IMG/VR virus record: IMGVR_UViG_3300025018_000093
Reading direction: 5' to 3' (one strand)
DNA from: a virus
Taxonomy: Duplodnaviria; Caudoviricetes
Length of the DNA stretch: 64,000 nt
Positions within the stretch are counted from its first letter, which is position 1. Each line of letters begins with the position of its first letter. The notes under the pieces are model-generated. The model did no database searches, had not been told where the DNA came from, and worked only from the letters and a program-made list of their open reading frames with translations. Below, one piece after another: positions 36,692-46,130 of this stretch. A program made the position numbers and the translations under genes.

Positions 36692-37810
36692 ATGCCCTTC
36701 ACGGTACGAGTGCAGAACTTCCAAAGTATCGCGGATGCGACTCTTGTGGTGGACAGATTCACCACAATCACTGGGCCTAACAACACAGGAAAGTCCGCGT
36801 TTCTCCGTGCCGTGCAGGGCCTCTTTCGAAACTCCAAGGGGACGGATTTCGTGCGCCGTGGTGCAACGCACTGCAGCGTACAGATCACTTTCGATGATGG
36901 TGTCTCCGTCACCTGGGAGAAGGGAAAGAACGTCAATCGCTACCGCATCAACAGCGAGGATTGGCTGGAGAAGGTGTCGCATGGAGTCCCTGAGTCCGTC
37001 GTAGACGTACTCAAGGTTCGTGCCGTGAACATTGCAAACACCTCCTGGTGGCCCCAGGTGGGAGAGCAGTTCAACGGGCAGGTGTTCCTTTTGGACAAGC
37101 CTGGGTCGGTGCTAGCAGAGGCCATCTCTGATGTGGAGCGTGTCGGGAAGCTGAACAAGGCACTCCAGGTGGCAGAGTCAGACCGGAGGAAAGCCCGGTC
37201 TGTACTGAAAGTTCGCCGTTCGGATGAGGAGAAGACCCAGGACAAGCTGGTGCTATTCCACGGTCTGGATGACGTCGGAAAACGCATTGAGGGTTTGGAG
37301 GAGCTGCAGGAACAAGCTGTGAAGGTGCGGGGGGCTCTCCTAGAGCTGCTGCGCTTGAAAGAGGCTCTTCACCGAGAGGGCGCCGTGATTGCGAAGCTTT
37401 CTGGGGTGGACAAGGTTAGTCTACCCGAGAAGGAATCCTTCTCTGAAGTGCTGGAAGACATTCGCATGCACCAGTTTCTTCAGAAGGCTAAGGGGGACCT
37501 GGGTAGTGCAAATCGAGAGGTGCAGGTACTCCAGAAGGCCTGTGAAGCCTTTGCAGCGGTAGACTTCGCGGAGGAGTTGGAGGTGCAGACAGAGAAGGCT
37601 CTTCAGAGTGTCTCTGCTCTTCGACAGTTTCGCTGCAATCTTCAGGAGGCCCAGCGGGATGTGCAGAACCTCTCCGAGGAAGTTCGACAAGCAACCGTAG
37701 ACTTTGTGTGTTCTCAGGAGGAACTCCACGGGGTTCTCCTGGAATTGCCGGAATGCCCCGTGTGCGGTGCTGACATTCAAGACCGGGAGGGACTCCAACA
37801 TGTCCACTGA
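36692..37810 (+). CDS. sbcC: SbcC/Rad50 N-terminal half
   Basis: VQNFQSI, GPNNTGKS (Walker A), coiled coil, C-terminal CPVCG hook; no Walker B. Confidence 0.85.
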   Translation: MPFTVRVQNFQSIADATLVVDRFTTITGPNNTGKSAFLRAVQGLFRNSKGTDFVRRGATHCSVQITFDDGVSVTWEKGKNVNRYRINSEDWLEKVSHGVPESVVDVLKVRAVNIANTSWWPQVGEQFNGQVFLLDKPGSVLAEAISDVERVGKLNKALQVAESDRRKARSVLKVRRSDEEKTQDKLVLFHGLDDVGKRIEGLEELQEQAVKVRGALLELLRLKEALHREGAVIAKLSGVDKVSLPEKESFSEVLEDIRMHQFLQKAKGDLGSANREVQVLQKACEAFAAVDFAEELEVQTEKALQSVSALRQFRCNLQEAQRDVQNLSEEVRQATVDFVCSQEELHGVLLELPECPVCGADIQDREGLQHVH

Positions 37811-39914
37811 AGGCCCCTTGTTGAAGGATTGCCCTGTTCGTCTTGTCTGGCGAACGGATGTTCACATGGCGGACGTATCCCCAGTGTCCCGAACGGATGA
37901 TTGGGTGGAGACCGTTGCAGACAAGCTCCGACAGGTTGGGAAGATCGCCTGGGAGACCAAGGCGCAGGCTGTTTTGGATGGGGGTGACTTCTTCCATATC
38001 AAGTCTCCGGCCCGAACCTCTCATAGGACCCTTCGCCGTACTGTGGAGGTACACAGGGAAAGCTACCCTTGTCCGGTGTACGCCAACTTTGGAAACCATG
38101 ACAGCGTCTACAGTGACCTGCGCTGGCTGCACCAGCAGCCCCTGGGAGTCTTGTTTGAGACAGGGGTGTTCCTGCCGTTGTATGACGAGCATGAGGCTCT
38201 CTTCGAGAAGGATGGTGTCCGCGTCCGTGTCGTGGGGGTTCCTTACCACGGGACCAGTTACGACCTTTCTCGGTTGAAGATCGCCAAGGGTGAGGAAGAC
38301 TACCTCGTTGTCGTTGCGCATCTCCTTGCTTCCGACACGGACAAGGACAGCTTCTATGATAGCGAAGACGTGGTGCGCTACAGTGATCTACGAGACCTCG
38401 ATGCGGACGTGTTTTGCTTTCTCCCAGGAACTCAGGTTCTGGATTGGAACGGGAGGCAGGTACCTATTGAAGAGGTGGGTAGGTCTGTGGCACTGTCAGG
38501 GCGAGCAACCCCTGTGATCGTAGAGCAAGTGCACCCTCCCAGAGAGTACCATGGGGAGGTAGTCTCCCTTGATGTAGAGGGTGTTCCTTCCACTCTGCTT
38601 CCGGGGGCTACCTTGGAACACCCCTTCTGGGTAGCAAAGGGTGTGCTTTCATATCCTTGCAGTTCCTGTGATACCCCTCCAGAGGTTTCTCCCGAGTGGG
38701 TCGCTGCGGAGGCTATTGATGTAGGAGACTTTGTTTCTATCCCGGTGCCGCAGATCCCTTCAAAAGCAGTCTCCTCTCCGGGATTAGCGCGTCTTCTGGG
38801 TTATTACCTTGCAGAGGGGCATCTCATCGAGAATCGGGGAAAGGATCCCGTGGCCGGGGTAGGGTTCTCTTTCCACTCCGGGGAGACTTCTTTGCACCAA
38901 CACGTTGCGGAGCTGGTGCGAGAACATTTTGATCGAGAAGTACACTCTCACCCCGCAGGACCTAATTGTGTACAGCTTTGCACATACGGTCCCGAGATTG
39001 CTTCCTTCTGCGGAGAGAATGGGGGGCGCTACTCCACAAAGAAGGAGGTGTCCCCTTGGGTGTGGCGGTTGGATGCCAGGAGCCGACTGGAGCTTTTGGT
39101 TGGATGGTTGCTTGGGGATGGGCATGCTCGGAACCCAGAGCGCTACGACCGAACTAAGGTCGAAGTTATGGGAGCGACCTCCTCTCCTAACCTAGCATCA
39201 CAGATGTTTCTCCTCTCTTTGTCTCTGGGCTTGCGGGCGACATATTTCATACGTCCAGGTGGAAAGAGCACATTTCCTGGTGGGATTGTCTCTGATGCAG
39301 AGCCTTCTCATATCATCTCCTTCTACGGGGATGATGCTGAGATGTTGGGCGCTCTGATGGGTGTTTCCTTTCCTGAAAGAGAGAAGACTAGAGTGTCTGG
39401 GTTTTTCCAGGGGGGTTTGTATTGGGCTAGAGTGCGAGGTGTTTCCAGGAAGTCCTACCAGGGGCTCGTTTACAACATGCGAACATCCACTCAGGAGTAT
39501 GTTGCTGGACTTCTCTTGACGCACAATTGCTTCGGTCACTGGCACAAAGACCAGGGGATCACGGAGATTACTCCTGGAAAATGGGTAGTAAACATTGGAA
39601 GCCTCACCCGGGGGTCTCTTTCGCAGGACAACCTTGAACGTGCTCCAGCATGTGCGGTTCTCGCTTTCGGTGCCTCCGGGATTCGCATTGAGAGGAGGAA
39701 CTTGCGAGTCGCTCCTGCGGGGGATGTATTTGATACGCGGGGGAGGGCGCAGAGCGAAGTGCAGTCGATGGTCATTGACGATTTTGCTCGAAAGCTCCGA
39801 GAAGTCCTAAACACAACAGAGGAGCGCAAGTCACTGGTGGACTCTCTTCGTGAGATGGAAGGTGTCCCAGAGGCTGTGCGAGAGCGTGCACTGCTCATCT
39901 TGGAGCAGGTGTAG
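37800..39914 (+). CDS. sbcD: SbcD/Mre11 metallophosphoesterase containing an intein
   Basis: RTDVHM, GGDFFH, FGNHD, AHLL and, after splicing, VF-CFGHWHK. Confidence 0.9.
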   Translation: MSTEGPLLKDCPVRLVWRTDVHMADVSPVSRTDDWVETVADKLRQVGKIAWETKAQAVLDGGDFFHIKSPARTSHRTLRRTVEVHRESYPCPVYANFGNHDSVYSDLRWLHQQPLGVLFETGVFLPLYDEHEALFEKDGVRVRVVGVPYHGTSYDLSRLKIAKGEEDYLVVVAHLLASDTDKDSFYDSEDVVRYSDLRDLDADVFCFLPGTQVLDWNGRQVPIEEVGRSVALSGRATPVIVEQVHPPREYHGEVVSLDVEGVPSTLLPGATLEHPFWVAKGVLSYPCSSCDTPPEVSPEWVAAEAIDVGDFVSIPVPQIPSKAVSSPGLARLLGYYLAEGHLIENRGKDPVAGVGFSFHSGETSLHQHVAELVREHFDREVHSHPAGPNCVQLCTYGPEIASFCGENGGRYSTKKEVSPWVWRLDARSRLELLVGWLLGDGHARNPERYDRTKVEVMGATSSPNLASQMFLLSLSLGLRATYFIRPGGKSTFPGGIVSDAEPSHIISFYGDDAEMLGALMGVSFPEREKTRVSGFFQGGLYWARVRGVSRKSYQGLVYNMRTSTQEYVAGLLLTHNCFGHWHKDQGITEITPGKWVVNIGSLTRGSLSQDNLERAPACAVLAFGASGIRIERRNLRVAPAGDVFDTRGRAQSEVQSMVIDDFARKLREVLNTTEERKSLVDSLREMEGVPEAVRERALLILEQV
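38415..39527 (+). mobile_element. intein (371 aa) with a LAGLIDADG homing endonuclease
   Basis: CFLPGT...LLTHN followed by C+1; LLGYYLAEG and LVGWLLGDG. Confidence 0.95.
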
Positions 39915-39925
39915 AGGGGAGCAGT

Positions 39926-40900
39926 ATGTCGGATGTGAAACGCGAAAAGGCCCTGTACTGGTCCTCTTACGACTGCTACACGAACTGTGCTCAGCGCTTT
40001 CTATGGAAGTATGGAAACAAGGAGATTGACCTTGGTGCCGGACTTGGGAAGCCAAAACCAGGAGCAAAGCGGAGTTCGGAGCATCACCAGATCATGGGAA
40101 ACACGATCCAGTATGCTGTGGAACGACTCTACAACGACTATCTCTGGCAGCGCCTCATTGCAAAGGATCCTGCGGAGCGGTGGTCCGAGCGACGCTTGGC
40201 GGAGGCTTTGATTCATATCGTGACGACGGACTTGGAGAGGAGGTTAAGCAGTGCCTACATAGAGTGGGCGTGGGCTCCCTCTCACAGAGAGATGGCGCAA
40301 ACGTGCATCGCAGGTGTCATCGGATTTCTCAAGACCATGAAAGCTAACCATCTGGTGGGGAATCCGGCGAAGGCAGAGCACTTTTTACGGGGCTATCTCA
40401 ATGACGTGCCCGTGGCCGCTAGGGTGGACCTTATCCTGGAAAGGAGTCCTGAGTTGCCCCTCCCAGGTGTGACGATCCTGGATGGAAAGAATAGCCAGGA
40501 AAAAGGGGTGTACACAAGTCCAGACCAGCTTCGTTTCTACGCCCTCACCTATTTGTTGGTGCGTGGAAAGCTCCCGGACAGGGTTGGGTTTGTCTACTAC
40601 AGGTTCCCTTACGGCACCCCCACCGAGGAAGGTGGCACTGAGTCTGGGATTGATTGGGTTCCCTTGGATAAGGAGGATATCCGGGGTCTTGCTCATAAGA
40701 TCGTAGCTGTCCGAGAAAGTATCCGAGAGATGAAGTTCGATGCAGATCCTGTCCCATCGAAGTGCAAATGGTGTGTGTATGAGGACATCTGTGCTCCAAG
40801 GCAGGCACAGAAACAAGTGAATCGAGAGAAGCGTAAGAAGAAGGGGGAGGAGGAAGCTTTCTCTTTCAACGCCGATGAGTTGTTCACCGAGATCGACTAG
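39926..40900 (+). CDS. RecB/Cas4-like PD-(D/E)xK nuclease with probable Fe-S cysteines
   Basis: NCAQRF, ARVDLI...ILDGKNS, QLRFYAL, CKWCVYEDIC. Confidence 0.8.
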   Translation: MSDVKREKALYWSSYDCYTNCAQRFLWKYGNKEIDLGAGLGKPKPGAKRSSEHHQIMGNTIQYAVERLYNDYLWQRLIAKDPAERWSERRLAEALIHIVTTDLERRLSSAYIEWAWAPSHREMAQTCIAGVIGFLKTMKANHLVGNPAKAEHFLRGYLNDVPVAARVDLILERSPELPLPGVTILDGKNSQEKGVYTSPDQLRFYALTYLLVRGKLPDRVGFVYYRFPYGTPTEEGGTESGIDWVPLDKEDIRGLAHKIVAVRESIREMKFDADPVPSKCKWCVYEDICAPRQAQKQVNREKRKKKGEEEAFSFNADELFTEID

Positions 40901-40971
40901 GAGCTTCGTTAAGTTGCCATAGTAGCTGACAAACTGTACCTGTTTACATAGATTGTGAACAGGAGGTGCTT

Positions 40972-41604
40972 GTGCAGTATGTCAACACCAAGACCGCACG
41001 TTCCTTGTTCGGTGTCCACCCTAACACACTTCGGAAATGGGCAAATGCAGGACAGATCAAGTACATACGAACTCCGTCGGGACGACGGCTGTATGACTGC
41101 TCATCACTGTCCTCCGTCCCCAGATCAAAAATCGTGTATGCCCGTGTGTCCTCACGAGGACAACGACACGACCTTGAATCCCAAATCCGAGCACTACGAG
41201 CTAGCTATCCAGACCACGAAGTGGTCTTCGATATCGCCAGCGGTCTTAACTTCAAGCGAAAAGGACTTGACTCCGTACTGGAGCGAGTTCTGTCTGGAAA
41301 GGTCGAAGAAGTTGTCGTTGCTCACAAAGACCGGCTCTGTCGGTTCGGATTTGAACTCTTCGAGTCCATTGCAAGATTCCACAACACAAGGATCGTGGTT
41401 CTCGACGCTGCACAGGAATCACCTCAAGCGGAGCTTGTCCGAGACCTTCTTTCCATCATCCACGTATTCTCCTGCCGTCTTTACGGCCTCCGAAAGTACA
41501 GTAAACAGATCAAGGAAGATTCGGATCTACCCAAGGCCGGAGAGCCTTCCGAGGATTCAGCAGTACCTGGGGATTTCGAGGTATTGGTACAACAAGGCGA
41601 TTGA
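40972..41604 (+). CDS. tnpA: IS607 TnpA serine recombinase
   Basis: MerR-like HTH GVHPNTLRKWA; IVYARVSS; VAHKDRLCRFGF; SCRLYGLR. Confidence 0.95.
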   Translation: MQYVNTKTARSLFGVHPNTLRKWANAGQIKYIRTPSGRRLYDCSSLSSVPRSKIVYARVSSRGQRHDLESQIRALRASYPDHEVVFDIASGLNFKRKGLDSVLERVLSGKVEEVVVAHKDRLCRFGFELFESIARFHNTRIVVLDAAQESPQAELVRDLLSIIHVFSCRLYGLRKYSKQIKEDSDLPKAGEPSEDSAVPGDFEVLVQQGD

Positions 41605-42616
41605 GTACTTACGTCAAAAAGGTACGAAAGCTTCGCTGTATGAGGTTCGGAAGATTCAAGCTCTTGAACATCCCGAGTGGGCACTAACGTGCCCTCAGCG
41701 TATTCGTGAACACGCTATCGCAGACGCTTGCGCAGCAGTGCGCAATGCTAAGCGAAAGTTCGTGACTGTAGGCGGTTTTCAGGCAGTCAAATTCCGGTCC
41801 CGCAAGAATCCAGTACAGGGGTTCGGGTTTGATGCTCAGAGTCTCCACGAGACTTTTGTCTTCCGAGGGAAGAACACCTGCGGCTTCGCCGCAACAGAAC
41901 CATTCGAAGCAGAGCTAGAGGGTTGTAGGGTCAAACGAGAATCAGGGCGATGGTTTCTGACTCTACCCTGTCGGGTAGCTATATCCAAACCTGAGAACCA
42001 AAGGCTAGGAGTTGTAGCACTTGACCCTGGGGTACGCACGTTTGTTAGCTACTACAATCCGTTGTGTTCGGGCTCCTTCGGAGCCGGTGACTTTCGGCGT
42101 TTGTATCGGCTGTGTCTGGGGCTAGACAAGTTGATCTCGAAGAAGGCGCTTGCACCTTCGAAGTGTAAGCGGAACATGCGCAAAGCAGAGCAACGCTTAC
42201 GTTGGAAGATCAAAGATTTTGTTGCGGACATCCACAACAAAGTTGCTCACTTTCTAGCCACGAACTTCGATACGATTCTGATACCGTACTTCAAGACCAG
42301 TAAGATGGTTGGCCGCCTGCGGTCGAAGACCGCGCGCAGCATGCTGACGTGGGCACACCATCGTTTCAAGACAGTTTTGAAGTCGGTTGCAGAGCGCTAC
42401 AGCGCTCTGGTTGTCGAGGTATCAGAGGCTTGGACGTCGAAGACGTGTTCGTACTGCGGGGAAGTACAGAACATAGGTTCGAAGAAAGTCATGCGGTGCG
42501 CCTGCGGCGCGACCGTAGACCGTGATTCAAACGGTGCACGAGGGATTTTCCTTCGTGCTTTGTCGGCAACGACCTGGACGGGCGAACCCCGTCTTGCATC
42601 TGTTAGCAACAGTTAG
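41267..42616 (+). CDS. tnpB: TnpB RNA-guided nuclease with rearranged RuvC (start uncertain)
   Basis: KIRIYP, ALDPGVRTF, ILIPYF, VSEAWTSKTCSYCG, CACG, DRDSNGARGI. Confidence 0.9.
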   Translation: MTPYWSEFCLERSKKLSLLTKTGSVGSDLNSSSPLQDSTTQGSWFSTLHRNHLKRSLSETFFPSSTYSPAVFTASESTVNRSRKIRIYPRPESLPRIQQYLGISRYWYNKAIEYLRQKGTKASLYEVRKIQALEHPEWALTCPQRIREHAIADACAAVRNAKRKFVTVGGFQAVKFRSRKNPVQGFGFDAQSLHETFVFRGKNTCGFAATEPFEAELEGCRVKRESGRWFLTLPCRVAISKPENQRLGVVALDPGVRTFVSYYNPLCSGSFGAGDFRRLYRLCLGLDKLISKKALAPSKCKRNMRKAEQRLRWKIKDFVADIHNKVAHFLATNFDTILIPYFKTSKMVGRLRSKTARSMLTWAHHRFKTVLKSVAERYSALVVEVSEAWTSKTCSYCGEVQNIGSKKVMRCACGATVDRDSNGARGIFLRALSATTWTGEPRLASVSNS

Positions 42617-42634
42617 CAGAAAAGGTAGCAGTAC

Positions 42635-42913
42635 ATGATGGACCACAGCACCAGATTCCAGCAGGCGGTCAAGAAGCGAGATACGCTGCGAGGGAAGTTG
42701 GACCGCTTGCAAGGAAAGCTGGAGAGTGCGCAGTCGCGCCTCTCGGAAGTAGAGGCACAGTGCCGGGCAAAGAACATTGACCCCAGCCAGATCGATGAGC
42801 TGATTGAGAAGGTGGAGAAGATTCTTCTGGGGCGGGTCGAGAACATCGAGCAAAGAGTGCAGGAAGCTGAGGACCAGCTTGCCCCTTACCTTGAGGAGGT
42901 CGCGTCGCTATGA
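42635..42913 (+). CDS. small coiled-coil protein
   Basis: heptad pattern; coupled to the next gene. Confidence 0.8.
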   Translation: MMDHSTRFQQAVKKRDTLRGKLDRLQGKLESAQSRLSEVEAQCRAKNIDPSQIDELIEKVEKILLGRVENIEQRVQEAEDQLAPYLEEVASL

Positions 42914-44079
42914 AGTTGACAGCAAAGAAGGAGGATCTTGAGCGGGCGCTTAAGATCGGAAGTACCACTGTGGCAAACTCCGGTGACGAGTTGCGGGCAC
43001 ACTATCTTTTCCGCTACCGCAATGGGAAGATGGAGGTTCTGGGAAATGACGAGCGCCTTCTGGGAAGTGTCGTCCTAGAGTGCGAAGTTGAGGGGGCCTC
43101 CGACAATCCTGACGAGAACAGGTTTACCGTAGAGGCAGACCGAATCAATCGGTGGCTTTCCGCATCTCCCAAGGGAAACGTCTCTCTTCGATTGAAGGAT
43201 GGAAAAGTGATTGCCCAGGCAGCTCTGGGAAAGGTCACGTTCCGCTCTTTGGACCCCGCTCGGTTCCCGTACTGGGAGTCTCGGCTTGAAGCTGCTACCT
43301 TCACAGGGAAAATCTCTGCTTCGCGTCTGCATCGCATTCTGAAGCATGCCCAGTTGTTCATGTCCAACAACGAAGCCCAGGATCCCGAAATCTGCTCCTG
43401 TGAGTTCAAGGACAATGGGTTCCTGTACGCGACGGATGCCGCTTCTGCGACGATCATTCGTGTGGCTGGGATGGAGAAGTCGAATGCCAGGATGACGAAG
43501 AAGAAGGACATTAGCTCCTACCTCCGATTTCTGGAAGCGCACTCGGAAGACGAGATTGAGTTCTGGGAGCATGACCAGTGTCTGTTTTTGAAGACAAGTT
43601 CTGGAAACCTTTTCGGACAGACGAAGTGGAAGTATGACTTCCCGGATATCGACTTGGGGTCCGCCTTTGAGGATGCACACCACTGGTGGACCTTCTCACG
43701 GGAAGAGATGATTTCGGTGATTGGGTTCCTCACACCCAGTGCGGTCCGAGACCGCTACCAGATCCATTTCAAATTGGATGGCGTCGGGAACATTAACGTT
43801 TCCCTCACCTCCGCTGCGGGTGGAAAGGTGGAGATTCCGGTCAACTGCAAGGAATCCAAGTCCGTTGCCGATTGCGTCCCTCTCCCACAGGGTGGCTTCC
43901 CGTTGTCCTATGAGTACCTCAAGAGTGTCCTCAAGGGTTTGAGCGGAGAGTTCGTGACGATGGCCTCCAGCCAGCTCCTCAATGACGCGGGGGATCCTGC
44001 GGGTGGCTACTGCTCCTTCAAGCAGGAGGTGGAAGGCGACCAGTATCTTGTGGTGCTCGGTTGGTACGAGGAGCAATAG
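42910..44079 (+). CDS. dnaN: DNA polymerase III beta-like sliding clamp
   Basis: 389 aa; KKEDLERALK start, FPYW, LYATD and DFPDI patterns of the three-domain clamp. Confidence 0.65.
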   Translation: MKLTAKKEDLERALKIGSTTVANSGDELRAHYLFRYRNGKMEVLGNDERLLGSVVLECEVEGASDNPDENRFTVEADRINRWLSASPKGNVSLRLKDGKVIAQAALGKVTFRSLDPARFPYWESRLEAATFTGKISASRLHRILKHAQLFMSNNEAQDPEICSCEFKDNGFLYATDAASATIIRVAGMEKSNARMTKKKDISSYLRFLEAHSEDEIEFWEHDQCLFLKTSSGNLFGQTKWKYDFPDIDLGSAFEDAHHWWTFSREEMISVIGFLTPSAVRDRYQIHFKLDGVGNINVSLTSAAGGKVEIPVNCKESKSVADCVPLPQGGFPLSYEYLKSVLKGLSGEFVTMASSQLLNDAGDPAGGYCSFKQEVEGDQYLVVLGWYEEQ

Positions 44080-44083
44080 CATC

Positions 44084-44737
44084 GTGAACATCCCACAGGT
44101 TCCCTCTCTTTCAGGTCTTCAATCTAAGCTATCCCGTGCCCAGGGACGCAGAGACACACTCTTGCAGCGACTCCAGGAGGTTCGTCAGGATATCATGCAG
44201 CTGAAGGAAGAGGAGAGCCTTCTGGACCACGTGGAGACGCTCTTCCGAACGCTCATTGACGCGGAGATTTCAGAGGCCGTGAAGGCAGCCGAGGACTTGC
44301 AGACAGAGGCCCTACGGTCTGTGTTTGTAGACCAGGACTTGTCCGTGCGGGCTGACGTCTCCACGGAACGTGGGAAGGTTTCCGTGTCTCTTGTTACCAT
44401 CCAAAAGGATAAGGATGGTAACGTGACAGAGGGAGGCTGCAACGATACGTTCGGGGGCTCCGTCACAACGGTGGAATCTGTGCTGCTCCGCTTCTTGGTG
44501 CTGCTGCGCCGGAACCTTCGTCCGTTGCTTGTGCTGGATGAGTCGCTACCAGCCTTTGACCCCAACTACGCGACCAACATGGGACAGTTTCTGATGGCCG
44601 TCTGCGAGCGCATGGGTGTCGACATCCTAATGGTGACGCACAACCCGATGTTCTACGAGTCTGCTCATCGAACGTACAGGATTCGCCGCCACCAGGACGG
44701 AGTCAAGTTCGACTTGGTGCATGAGGTGTCGAGATGA
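44084..44737 (+). CDS. sbcC: SbcC/Rad50 C-terminal half
   Basis: short coiled coil, FGGSV signature, LVLDES (Walker B), VTHN (H-switch). Confidence 0.85.
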   Translation: MNIPQVPSLSGLQSKLSRAQGRRDTLLQRLQEVRQDIMQLKEEESLLDHVETLFRTLIDAEISEAVKAAEDLQTEALRSVFVDQDLSVRADVSTERGKVSVSLVTIQKDKDGNVTEGGCNDTFGGSVTTVESVLLRFLVLLRRNLRPLLVLDESLPAFDPNYATNMGQFLMAVCERMGVDILMVTHNPMFYESAHRTYRIRRHQDGVKFDLVHEVSR

Positions 44738-45519
44738 AACGAGAGGGGCAAATCCGGCAGCAGTACAAGCAGGTAAAGTACCGGATACGAAAGAAGTTGC
44801 TGGATAAGAACATGCGGGTGGAGCCCAGTAATTGTTGCTTCCATGCCCCGGTTTCCGTGGAGAAGTCCTCTGGGGTTGTTCTTTGTGCCTACAAGGAAAT
44901 GGCTGAGGATGCAGATTGGGACGTTGTTGTCTGCGATGTGGACCAGGCAAGACAGTGCGACAGGTTTGCACCCGAAGCAACGCCTGACGAGATCAAGTCT
45001 CGTTTCGAGAGATTCCTGGCAGCCGCAGAGACTTCGGGCAATGCTCAGGCTATCGGAACACTGGCGTATCACTACCCAGACTTGGCTGCTTTGCTCTGGG
45101 TACTAGAACCCTGGACTTCCCAGGGGGAGACTTCCTGCGAGGAGTGTGGAACAGGAGGGCGTTGCTATGAAGCTGGTCAACTGGACTCTGAGGGTTCTGG
45201 GGCATCTTCTGTACCCAATACTTCTGCTAGTGATACGATCCTCGTAGAGGATGAGCACGAGAATCCCCAGGGATTGGAAGAGGAGGTTTTTTCGGAGACC
45301 TCCTCTTCGTCCCTTTCGGTCCTACCTCTGGCAGCCTGTGTTGCACCTGACAAGGTTGAGGAGGATGCCGACGCTGAGCACCCCGTTATGACTTCCGCAG
45401 AGGTTCTGCGGAACCAGGAGCGTCTCCCTTCGAGACGGTGGCTTCTCGTGAAGGGTAGTTTTGTGGCAGCCGCAACGGCTCTGCTTTTTCTCCTCATCTA
45501 CTGGTCTCTTTCGGGGTAG
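44734..45519 (+). CDS. hypothetical protein with a C-terminal transmembrane helix
   Basis: FVAAATALLFLLIYWSL tail. Confidence 0.7.
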   Translation: MKREGQIRQQYKQVKYRIRKKLLDKNMRVEPSNCCFHAPVSVEKSSGVVLCAYKEMAEDADWDVVVCDVDQARQCDRFAPEATPDEIKSRFERFLAAAETSGNAQAIGTLAYHYPDLAALLWVLEPWTSQGETSCEECGTGGRCYEAGQLDSEGSGASSVPNTSASDTILVEDEHENPQGLEEEVFSETSSSSLSVLPLAACVAPDKVEEDADAEHPVMTSAEVLRNQERLPSRRWLLVKGSFVAAATALLFLLIYWSLSG

Positions 45520-45524
45520 CTTAG

Positions 45525-46130
45525 ATGAACCCTGCTCTCTTGCAACTACTTCCTACTCCACCCCTAGAGCGGGAGTCCTCGCTGGCTCTCATTCGAGAGT
45601 TTGTGGTGGACCCCCGTTCGTTCCCCTACCTGGTTTCTGCGTCAAAGACGCCATTTCTGTGGGTTGAGCGTCCTCTTATGGGCCATCTTGTGAGAGCGTT
45701 CATCCGCAGAGACCAGGATGTAGACCTCATCTTTCAGCAGGTTCTTGCTACGGTCATTGACCGTGGGGAGACGTATACCTACGGCAACATCCACCCCTAC
45801 ACGGAGGAAGGGGTGCAGAGTGCTCTGGAGTACGTGAGTTATTTTCTGAGTGGCGGTGAAACAGAGATAGTCAACCCTCTCCACCAGTTGCTAGAGCTTT
45901 TAGTGCCAGAGGGATCTCCGTGGGCAGAGACATCGCATTTGGACTTCCAGGGGATCAAAGTTCCAGTTGAGGTGGCGAAGTGGCTCCCCAAGGATACGGC
46001 TGTAGTTGTCCCCTTAGACAGAGGGTTCCTGGGGGACGTCCATCTTTTTGGCCAGACATCCTCCGCAGTGGTTGTGCATAACCCTGCACGCGGCATTGCG
46101 GTTGTCAGGGGTACCCAGGATGGGGGCTGA
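45525..46130 (+). CDS. hypothetical protein
   Basis: operonic ORF. Confidence 0.7.
   Translation: MNPALLQLLPTPPLERESSLALIREFVVDPRSFPYLVSASKTPFLWVERPLMGHLVRAFIRRDQDVDLIFQQVLATVIDRGETYTYGNIHPYTEEGVQSALEYVSYFLSGGETEIVNPLHQLLELLVPEGSPWAETSHLDFQGIKVPVEVAKWLPKDTAVVVPLDRGFLGDVHLFGQTSSAVVVHNPARGIAVVRGTQDGG

Larger units (their letters stand above)
40900..42630 (+). mobile_element. IS607-family element (ends approximate)
   Basis: serine-recombinase tnpA plus tnpB inserted between replication genes; short repeat GTTAGCA x2 at the right end; GG at both putative borders. Confidence 0.85.

Noticed and set aside
39926-40900. Cas4 as part of a CRISPR system
   Set aside because: No cas1/cas2 or array; the context is recombination/repair.
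40955-41266. 553-aa TnpB starting upstream of tnpA
   Set aside because: The first ~100 codons are the alternative frame of the tnpA HTH and catalytic region and show no TnpB-like features.
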